A stretch of DNA of 62,480 nucleotides, the filler included. It is 3 parts of 3 records of this genome, joined end to end, with 100 filler letters (N's around TTAATTAATTAA, not from the genome) between each part and the next. Parts side by side here need not be neighbours in the genome. Positions count along the whole stretch, not along the records: positions 1 to 27,653 come from DRR378314_126; 2 more parts are not named here. One strand, 5' to 3'. Position 1 is the stretch's first letter. Each line of letters begins with the position of its first letter. Below are positions 9,672 to 17,082 of this stretch, piece by piece. Position numbers and translations under genes: made by a program. The notes under the pieces are model-generated. The model did no database searches and was not told where the DNA came from. It worked only from the letters and a program-made list of their open reading frames with translations.

Positions 9672-10598
9672 CTAGCGACGGACCTTCAAGGCCATCAGGC
9701 CTTCCGGACGCAACATGAGAATGCCCACCACCACCAGCAGGGTGAGTACCTTGGCCATGGAACCGCTCAGGAAGAACTCCATGGTGGATTGGGCCTGGGA
9801 GATACCGAAGGCGGAAATAATGGTGCCGACCAGGCTTTGCGCGCCGCCGAACACCACCACCAGGAAGGTATCGACGATATAGGCCTGGCCGGACGACGGG
9901 CCGGTGGAGCCAATCATGGTGAAGGCGCTGCCGGCGACCCCGGCGATGCCGCACCCCAGCGCGAAGGTGGCCCGGTCGACGCCGGCGGTGTTGATGCCCA
10001 CCGCTTCCGCCATCGGCCGGTTCTGCACCACCGCGCGCACTTTCTTGCCCCAGCCGGAGCGGTACATAAGCAGATACACCGCCAGCGCAATGGACAGGGC
10101 GATCACCATCACGAACAGGCCATTGATCGGCAGTTGCACGAAATCCGTGACGTTAAACGCGCCCATCATCCAGTCCGGCAGGTCCACGCCCACTTCCCGG
10201 GCGCCGAAGATCGACCGGTAGGCCTGCTGAAGAATCAGGCTCAGCCCCCAGGTGGCAAGCAGCGTATCCAGAGGCCGCCGGTACAGATGCCGGACCATGG
10301 CCCATTCGACAAAGGCGCCGAGTGCACCGGAGACCAGGAACGCCAGCACCATGGCGAAGAAGAACGAAGCGGCGAACAGCTCCGGCATCAGGTTCTGGAA
10401 AAACTGCGAAGTCAGGTAGGTGGTATAGGCCCCCAGGATCATGAACTCCCCGTGGGCCATGTTGATCACGCCCATCTGGCCGAAAATAATCGCCAGGCCC
10501 ATTGCCATGAGAACGAACACGGAAAACAGGGACAAACCGGCGAACCCCTGCATGGCAAAGATGGACATCAATTCCGTTGAGGAATAATCAGCAAACAT
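9672..10598 (-). CDS. urtB: Urea/short-chain amide ABC transporter permease
   Basis: GLAIIFGQMGVINMAHGEF, RPLDTLLATWGLSLILQQ and YIVDTFLVVVFGG motifs. Confidence 0.92.
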   Translation of the reverse strand: MFADYSSTELMSIFAMQGFAGLSLFSVFVLMAMGLAIIFGQMGVINMAHGEFMILGAYTTYLTSQFFQNLMPELFAASFFFAMVLAFLVSGALGAFVEWAMVRHLYRRPLDTLLATWGLSLILQQAYRSIFGAREVGVDLPDWMMGAFNVTDFVQLPINGLFVMVIALSIALAVYLLMYRSGWGKKVRAVVQNRPMAEAVGINTAGVDRATFALGCGIAGVAGSAFTMIGSTGPSSGQAYIVDTFLVVVFGGAQSLVGTIISAFGISQAQSTMEFFLSGSMAKVLTLLVVVGILMLRPEGLMALKVRR

Positions 10599-10618
10599 GG
10601 CAATGCTCCCCTGCGGTT

Positions 10619-10650
10619 AAAAAATCCCGACGCCCACCGGGGGCGCCGGG
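10619..10650 (-). terminator. Intrinsic terminator-like hairpin between urtA and urtB
   Basis: On the minus strand: CCCGGCGCCC-loop-GGGCGUCGGG followed by AUUUUUU. One G-U pair forms only on this strand. Confidence 0.7.
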
Positions 10651-10659
10651 TACGGACGG

Positions 10660-11916
10660 TTACTTGTAACCTTCAGGGAAGGGATCCGGCTCCATCAGGT
10701 CCTTGGTTTCATGGACCACCTTGTACTGGCCGTTGGTCTGCGCCACGCCGATGCGGGTCTTCGACCACAGGTGATGGTTTTCATGGATGCGCACGTAGCC
10801 TTCCGGGGCTTTCTTGAACTCGATACCCGGAGAGGCTTCACGAATCTTGTCGACGTCGAACGAGCCGGCTTTCTCCACCGCCGCTTTCCACAGCCACGGG
10901 CCCAGATAGGCGGCCTGGGTGACATCGCCGATCACCATGTCGTCGCCCCAGCGTTCCTTGAACGCGGCCACGAATTCCTTGTTGTTGGGGTTGTCCAGGC
11001 TCTGGAAGTACTTCATGGAGGCGTACACGCCTTCCACGTTCTCGCCGCCGATACCGCGGATTTCATCCTCGGTGACGGAGATGGTCAGCAGCAGCGGATC
11101 CTCTTCGGTGAGATCGACACCGGCGGCTTTCATCTGCTTGTAGAAGGCCACGTTGGAGCCGCCCACCACGGAGGCGAAGATCACATCCGGCTTACGCAAC
11201 TTGATCTTGTTGATCACCGAGTTGAACTGGGTGTGGCCGAGCGGGTAGTACTCCTCGCCCACCACCTTCAGACCTTTCTTCTCGATGTGAATACGCGCGA
11301 TCTTGTTGGAAGTACGCGGCCAGATGTAGTCGGAGCCGAGCAGGTAGAAGGTCTTGGCGCCCTTCTCCTTCACCGCCCAGTCGATGCCGGCGAGAATCTG
11401 CTGGGTGGCTTCCTGGCCGGTGTAGATCACGTTGGGTGACTGCTCGAGACCTTCATAGAAGGTCGGGTAATAGAGCATGCCGTTGAACTGCTCGATCACC
11501 GGCAGCACCGCCTTGCGTGAGGCGGAGGTCCAGCAGCCGAAGATCGCCGCCACGTCGTCCTGGCGCAGCAGCTTGCGCGCTTTCTCGGCGAAAGTGGGCC
11601 AGTCGCTGGCGCCGTCTTCCTGAACGTATTCGATCTGCCGGCCGAGCACGCCGCCCTGGGCGTTGATCTGCTCGATGGCCAGTTTCTCCGCCTGCACCGA
11701 GCCGATCTCACTGATCGCCATGGTGCCGGTAATGGAATGCAGGATGCCCACCTTGACGGTGTCTTCGGTGACCGCCAGGCCGGAGGTGTTGACCTCGGAC
11801 GTGGGCGGCGCGGCGAACGACGGCGTGCTTAACGCCAGTACCGCCGGCAACGCCAGCAGCCCGGCCAGCAGACGGCGGCGCGGACGCGACGGCAAGGAAT
11901 GCTTCGGTGTCTTCAT
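10660..11916 (-). CDS. urtA: Urea/short-chain amide ABC substrate-binding protein (UrtA/FmdD family)
   Basis: VGILHSITGTMAISE, EDGASDWPTFAEKA, FGCWTSASRKAVLP, YPTFYEGLE and GSDYIWPRTSN motifs. Signal peptide contains RRRLL. GAGGGG RBS before ATG 11916. Confidence 0.93.
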   Translation of the reverse strand: MKTPKHSLPSRPRRRLLAGLLALPAVLALSTPSFAAPPTSEVNTSGLAVTEDTVKVGILHSITGTMAISEIGSVQAEKLAIEQINAQGGVLGRQIEYVQEDGASDWPTFAEKARKLLRQDDVAAIFGCWTSASRKAVLPVIEQFNGMLYYPTFYEGLEQSPNVIYTGQEATQQILAGIDWAVKEKGAKTFYLLGSDYIWPRTSNKIARIHIEKKGLKVVGEEYYPLGHTQFNSVINKIKLRKPDVIFASVVGGSNVAFYKQMKAAGVDLTEEDPLLLTISVTEDEIRGIGGENVEGVYASMKYFQSLDNPNNKEFVAAFKERWGDDMVIGDVTQAAYLGPWLWKAAVEKAGSFDVDKIREASPGIEFKKAPEGYVRIHENHHLWSKTRIGVAQTNGQYKVVHETKDLMEPDPFPEGYK

Positions 11917-11925
11917 GGTTAACCC

Positions 11926-11987
11926 CTCGTTAGCGAAATGCATGGATCCCCGGGAGCCCGATGGCTCCGTCGACCCTCGCTAACGAG
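11926..11987. repeat. 11-bp inverted repeat with inner hairpin in the urtA leader
   Basis: CTCGTTAGCGA (11926-11936) / TCGCTAACGAG (11977-11987), with inner GGAGCC-CGAT-GGCTCC (11953-11968). One arm overlaps the urtA Shine-Dalgarno. Confidence 0.7.
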
Positions 11988-12036
11988 TATGGGAAGGCGG
12001 CCGGCGCGCTCCCATTCGGCGAATACGCCATGCCCC

Positions 12037-12052
12037 TACGTCATTTGACGCA
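12037..12052. promoter_or_regulatory. 7-2-7 palindrome TACGTCA-TT-TGACGCA upstream of urtA (putative operator)
   Basis: One arm mismatch relative to the fmdA copy at 4905-4920; extra half-site TACGCCA at 12024-12030. Confidence 0.7.
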
Positions 12053-12112
12053 TTCCGCGCCGCCGGCGCCGGCCCTAGGCTGCGCCCTTGGGGTATCCAC
12101 GCTTCGGGGGTA

Positions 12113-12128
12113 CGGCACGAATCGTGCT
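12113..12128 (+). promoter_or_regulatory. Candidate sigma54 (-24/-12) promoter for the sensor kinase operon
   Basis: CGGCACGAATCGTGCT has GG-N10-GC with GGCACG and TGCT matching the TGGCACG-N4-TTGCW consensus, about 40 bp before ATG 12170. Confidence 0.55.
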
Positions 12129-12169
12129 TTCTTCTTGGCCCGGCTTTCGGGTATTGCGGACGATCAGGC

Positions 12170-15100
12170 ATGGCCATCGAACAACGCATCTTCCGGGTGC
12201 GGCGTAACTACAATAAGTGGGTCGCCAACCAGACCCTGGAAGACTTCGCCCTGCGCTTCACCGGCAAGGCGGCGCGCCGCTGGTCAGCAGGACGGGTGGC
12301 GAACACCGCGCTCGGGGCCATTTCCTTTCTGGCGCTGGAAGCCATCGGCGGCGCCATTACGCTGAACTACGGTTTCACCAACGCGGTGGCGGCGATCGCC
12401 GTGGTCAGCGCGGTGATTTTCCTGCTCGGCCTGCCGGTGAGTTACTACGCGGCCCGCTACGGCGTCGACATTGATCTGCTCACCCGCGGCGCCGGCTTCG
12501 GTTATCTGGGCTCCACCCTCACCTCGCTGATCTACGCCTCCTTCACCTTTATTTTTTTCGCCCTGGAAGCGGCGATCATGGCCATGGCCCTGGAGGTGCT
12601 GTTCGGCCTGCCGCTGACGCTGGGCTATGTGGTCAGCTCGCTGGTGGCGATACCGCTGGTCACCCACGGCATCACCTACATCAGCCGCTTCCAGCTGTGG
12701 ACCCAGCCGGTCTGGGTGGTGCTGCAGCTGGCGCCGTTCGTGTTCATCCTGTTTCAGGACCCGGAGTCACTGAGCCGCTGGCAGGGCTTCGACGGCGCCA
12801 TGGGCGGCGACGGCGCCTTCAATCTGGTGCTGTTCGGCGCCGCCGCCACGGTGATGTTTTCCCTGGTGGCGCAGATCGGCGAGCAGGTGGATTTCCTGCG
12901 CTTCATGCCGGAGCCGGGGCCGGAGCGCAAACAGCGCCGGCGCTGGTGGCTGGCGATGCTGGCCGGCGGCCCGGGCTGGATTATCGTCGGCGGGCTCAAG
13001 GCGCTGGCCGGTTCCTTCCTGGCGGTGCTGGCGTTCTCCCACGGGCTGCCGCACAGCCAGGCCCAGGAACCCATGCACATGTATCTGGTGGCGTTCAGCC
13101 ATATCACCGCGCACCCGGCCACGCTGATGGCGCTGGCGGGTATTTTCGTGGTGTTGTCGCAGCTGAAGATCAACGTGACCAACGCCTACGCCGGCTCCAT
13201 CGCCTGGTCCAACTTCTTTTCCCGGCTCACCCACAGCCACCCGGGCCGGGTGGTGTGGCTGGTATTCAACGTGATGATCGCCCTGGTGTTGATGGAGATC
13301 GGCATCTACCGGGCGTTCGAATCCATCCTCGGCAGCTACGCCATGGTGGCGGTGGCGTGGATCGGCGCCCTGGTCGCCGACCTGGTGATCAACAAGCCGC
13401 TGGGGCTGAGCCCCAAGGGCATCGAATTCAAACGGGCCTATCTCTACGACATCAACCCGGTGGGCTTCGGCGCCATGGTGATGGCGACCCTGGTTGGGCT
13501 GGTGGCGCGCAGCGGGTTCTGGGGCGGCGACGCCGAGTCGCTGGCCTCCTTCCTGGCGCTGCTCACCGCGTTCGTGGCGTCGCCGCTGATCGCGCTGCTC
13601 ACCGACGGCCGCTACTACATCGCCCGCACCCCGGAGCCGGCCACCGCCACCCGCGGCCGCCCCTGCTGCATCTGCGAGCATCGCTTCGACGATGAGGACA
13701 TGGCGTTCTGCCCGGCCTACAACGGCCCGATCTGTTCTTTGTGCTGCTCCCTGGACGCGCGCTGCAACGATGCCTGCAAGCACCACGCCCGCTTTCAGGA
13801 ACAGCTGATGGACTGGCTCGGCGGCATTCTGCCCCGCCCCATCCTGGTTCAGTTGCGCTCGCGCCTGGGGCATTTCGTCGGGCTGCTGACCCTGGTCACG
13901 CTGGTGATGGCCGGCCTGCTGACGCTGGTCTACACCCAGGTGGCGATCACCGATCCGCAGGTGCGCGACCTGATGGCCACCACCCTGGCCAAGGTGTTCG
14001 CGATCCTGATCATTATCAGCGGCGTGGTGGCCTGGCTGTTCGTGCTGGCCCACGAAAGCCGCGTGGTCGCCCAGGAAGAATCCCACCGCCAGACCCGCAT
14101 GCTGATGGCGGAAATCAAAGCCCACGAAAAGACCGACCGCAAACTGCAGAAAGCCAAGGAACTGGCGGAGGCCGCCAACCAGGCCAAGAGCCGCTACCTC
14201 ACCGGGCTCAGCCATGAGCTGCGCTCGCCGCTCAACGCCGCCTTCGGCTACGCCCAGCTGCTTGAGAACGACCCTTCGATACCGGAAAACCGGCGCGGCG
14301 CGGTGGCGGCCATCCGCCGCAGCACCGGCCATCTTTCCGATCTGATCGAAGGGCTGCTGGAAATCTCCAAGATCGAAGCCGGCCGCCTGGAGCTGTACCG
14401 CAACCGGGTCAGGGTGCGTTCACTGATCGACGAGCTGGTCACCATGTTCCAGTTGCAGGCGGAAGAAAAAGGCATCGGCTTTGAGTTCCACAGCCAGGGG
14501 CGCATCCCCGAATGGGTGACCACCGATGAGAAGCGCCTGCGCCAGGTGCTGATCAACCTGTTGTCCAACGCCATCAAATTCACCAGCCAGGGCCGGGTGG
14601 TGCTGCATATCCGCTACCGCAACCAGGTCGCCGAGTTCACCATCCGCGACACCGGCGTGGGCATCGCCGAGGAAGACCAGCAGCGCATCTTCCGGCCCTT
14701 CGAGCGGGTCCGCAAACCGGGCATGCCGGCGGTGCACGGCACCGGCCTGGGGCTCACCATCACCAAGCTGTTGGTGGATATCATGGGCGGCGATCTGCAG
14801 GTCAGCAGCACGCCGGGCCAGGGCAGTGAATTCCGACTCTGGGTGATGCTGTCCAGCGTTGCCCACGCGGACGCGGACCGGGACAGCCAGCGCCCGGTGG
14901 TGGGCTACCAGGGGCCGCCCAAATCACTGTTGGTGGTGGACGACGACCCCTCCCACCGGGGCCTGGTCAGCGACCTGCTGACGCCGCTGGGGTTCCAGGT
15001 CACCGAAGCGCCGGACGGCCAGACCGGCCTGGACATGGCCCGGCAAAGCAACCCGGACCTGATCCTGCTGGACATCGCCATGCCCGGCCTGGACGGCTGG

Positions 15101-15526
15101 CAAACCGCCGCCGCGCTGCGCGCCAACGGCTACCGGGGCAGCCTGGTGATGCTGTCCGCCAACGCCCGCGAGAGCCAGACCGACGCCCCCGCCGGCCTGC
15201 ACGATGACTACCTGATCAAACCGTTCAAACTGGGCGGCCTGCTGGACACCCTGGCGCGCCACCTGGACCTGACCTGGCGCCATCATCTGGACGGCGACCT
15301 GCGCGAGACGCGGCGCATTCCGGTGTCCCAGATCCGCCTGGACGAAGGCCTGCGCGATGAACTGCTGGCCCTGGCGGAGATCGGCCACCTGGCCGGCCTC
15401 CGCGACGCCCTGCAGCGCGCCGAGCAGGACCGGCGGCTGCCGCCTTCCCTGGTCGGCACCCTGCAAGCGCCCCTGGAACGCTTCGATTTCCAGGCCCTGA
15501 TCAAATTGCTGGAGCAGACCCCATGA
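12170..15526 (+). CDS. Hybrid sensor histidine kinase with N-terminal NCS1/CodB-like permease domain, Cys-rich linker, HisKA, HATPase_c and receiver
   Basis: About 480 aa of multi-TM sequence with RYGVDIDLLTRGAGFGYLGS, QIGEQVDFLRF and INVTNAYAGS. Then CCICEH...CPAYNGPICSLCCSLDARCNDAC, two further TMs, H-box SHELRSPL, N-box NLLSNAIKFT, DTGVGI, GTGLGL and REC VVDDD...LLDIAMPGLDG. Confidence 0.9.
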   Translation: MAIEQRIFRVRRNYNKWVANQTLEDFALRFTGKAARRWSAGRVANTALGAISFLALEAIGGAITLNYGFTNAVAAIAVVSAVIFLLGLPVSYYAARYGVDIDLLTRGAGFGYLGSTLTSLIYASFTFIFFALEAAIMAMALEVLFGLPLTLGYVVSSLVAIPLVTHGITYISRFQLWTQPVWVVLQLAPFVFILFQDPESLSRWQGFDGAMGGDGAFNLVLFGAAATVMFSLVAQIGEQVDFLRFMPEPGPERKQRRRWWLAMLAGGPGWIIVGGLKALAGSFLAVLAFSHGLPHSQAQEPMHMYLVAFSHITAHPATLMALAGIFVVLSQLKINVTNAYAGSIAWSNFFSRLTHSHPGRVVWLVFNVMIALVLMEIGIYRAFESILGSYAMVAVAWIGALVADLVINKPLGLSPKGIEFKRAYLYDINPVGFGAMVMATLVGLVARSGFWGGDAESLASFLALLTAFVASPLIALLTDGRYYIARTPEPATATRGRPCCICEHRFDDEDMAFCPAYNGPICSLCCSLDARCNDACKHHARFQEQLMDWLGGILPRPILVQLRSRLGHFVGLLTLVTLVMAGLLTLVYTQVAITDPQVRDLMATTLAKVFAILIIISGVVAWLFVLAHESRVVAQEESHRQTRMLMAEIKAHEKTDRKLQKAKELAEAANQAKSRYLTGLSHELRSPLNAAFGYAQLLENDPSIPENRRGAVAAIRRSTGHLSDLIEGLLEISKIEAGRLELYRNRVRVRSLIDELVTMFQLQAEEKGIGFEFHSQGRIPEWVTTDEKRLRQVLINLLSNAIKFTSQGRVVLHIRYRNQVAEFTIRDTGVGIAEEDQQRIFRPFERVRKPGMPAVHGTGLGLTITKLLVDIMGGDLQVSSTPGQGSEFRLWVMLSSVAHADADRDSQRPVVGYQGPPKSLLVVDDDPSHRGLVSDLLTPLGFQVTEAPDGQTGLDMARQSNPDLILLDIAMPGLDGWQTAAALRANGYRGSLVMLSANARESQTDAPAGLHDDYLIKPFKLGGLLDTLARHLDLTWRHHLDGDLRETRRIPVSQIRLDEGLRDELLALAEIGHLAGLRDALQRAEQDRRLPPSLVGTLQAPLERFDFQALIKLLEQTP

Positions 15527-16431
15527 CCCCTTCGGTCCGTAAGGACGTGATTCTGGTGGTGGACGACTCTCCGGATTCCCTGGGCATGATCCACCACGCC
15601 CTGGACCAGGCCGGGCTCACCGCCCTGGTCGCCCTGGAAGGCGAACAAGCCCTCGGCATCGCGGAAAAAATGGTACCTGACCTGGTCCTGATGGACGCCG
15701 TGATGCCCAACATGGACGGCTTCGAAACCTGCCGCCGCCTGAAACGGCACCCGGAACTGGCGGCGGTGCCGGTGATCTTCATGACCGGCCTCACCGACGC
15801 GGAGGATGTGGTGCGCGGCCTGGAAGCCGGCGGCGTGGACTACGTCACCAAGCCGGTGCGCCCGGACGAGCTGATCGCCCGCATCCGCGTGCACCTGCAC
15901 AACGCGCGCATGACCCAGGGCGCCCACACCGCCCTGGACCGGCTCGGCCAGGCGTCGTTCTCCACCGACCGCCAGGGCCACTGGCGCTGGGCCACGCCCC
16001 GGGCGGAACACCTGCTCGCGGAGGCCGGCGGCCAGCGTGACGAGCGTCTCGCCCAACTGGCGGCACACATCCGCCGCTGGCTGGCGCGCCGCCCGGAACC
16101 CGGCGACCAGTCCGCCCTGGACAGCGACCACGGCGAGCTGCGCCTGCGCTACCTGGGCGACACCGGCTCCGGGGAGCCGCTGTTCCGGCTGCTGCAGCGC
16201 GACGGCGAGGAGGAAAGCGAACTGCTGCGCCAGCAGCTACGGCTCACCCGGCGGGAATCCCAGGTGCTGCTGTGGATCGCCCAGGGCAAGACCAACCGGG
16301 AGATCGGCCAGATCCTGTCGCTGAGCCCGCGCACCGTGAACAAGCACCTGGAGCAGGTGTTCCGCAAACTGGGGGTGGAAAACCGCACCGCCGCGGCGGC
16401 CATGGCGCTGCGCTGCCTGACCCGCACCTGA
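15523..16431 (+). CDS. Response regulator, REC plus LuxR/NarL-type HTH
   Basis: ILVVDD...LMDAVMPNMDGFE...DYVTKP receiver and LTRRESQVLLWIAQGKTNREIGQILSLSPRTVNKHL HTH. ATGA overlap with the kinase. Confidence 0.93.
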   Translation: MTPSVRKDVILVVDDSPDSLGMIHHALDQAGLTALVALEGEQALGIAEKMVPDLVLMDAVMPNMDGFETCRRLKRHPELAAVPVIFMTGLTDAEDVVRGLEAGGVDYVTKPVRPDELIARIRVHLHNARMTQGAHTALDRLGQASFSTDRQGHWRWATPRAEHLLAEAGGQRDERLAQLAAHIRRWLARRPEPGDQSALDSDHGELRLRYLGDTGSGEPLFRLLQRDGEEESELLRQQLRLTRRESQVLLWIAQGKTNREIGQILSLSPRTVNKHLEQVFRKLGVENRTAAAAMALRCLTRT

Positions 16432-16435
16432 GCCG

Positions 16436-16966
16436 TTACGCCGCCTGGCTGGCCTGCAGCACTTCCGGCATCAGGGCGCCCACCAGCATAAAGGTGAGAA
16501 TCAACAGCCCGAACGCCATCGCCAGACCCAGCAACGGGCCGATGGCGAAGGCGCGGTGGAAAATAAACGCCTGCACCGCCAGCTGCCAGCTCACCAGCAG
16601 CAGATAGACGCCCTCCAGTATCGACGGCGTGCCGCCGGCGGCGTGGCCGATCAGCAGCATCGGCAGGGCCAGCAGCGACAGCGCGATGTCCACGCCGATC
16701 AGCGCGATGGCGGTCTGCGTCCAGCGGCCCAGCAGGTTTTTGAACGCCAGGACCAGGGCGCTGGATCCCAGCAACAGCCCCATGGCCAACAGCTGCACGC
16801 CCACCATCTGCGCCACCGACAGCCCGTCCTGGAGCGCGGCGCTGAGCAACTGGATCACCATCCACAGCGCCAGCAGAATCCCCACCAGGGGCGGCGCGTA
16901 GGGCATGTCTTCCGGCCCGCGACGGAATACGCACAGGCGGGCGAATACGTTCAATAAAGCGTTCAT
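16436..16966 (-). CDS. Hypothetical inner-membrane protein
   Basis: About 5 hydrophobic segments, a GPEDMPY motif, GGAGG RBS and host-like codon usage. Confidence 0.75.
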   Translation of the reverse strand: MNALLNVFARLCVFRRGPEDMPYAPPLVGILLALWMVIQLLSAALQDGLSVAQMVGVQLLAMGLLLGSSALVLAFKNLLGRWTQTAIALIGVDIALSLLALPMLLIGHAAGGTPSILEGVYLLLVSWQLAVQAFIFHRAFAIGPLLGLAMAFGLLILTFMLVGALMPEVLQASQAA

Positions 16967-17082
16967 GGTTCCTCCCGGCGCGTATTGTTCCAGAGCGCCG
17001 CGCTCGACACCATGCCCTGGCAGCCTGTTAGTGACGCCCCAGGCAGGCTAAAATGCGCGCCAATTCAAGCAGGAGGTCCGCA

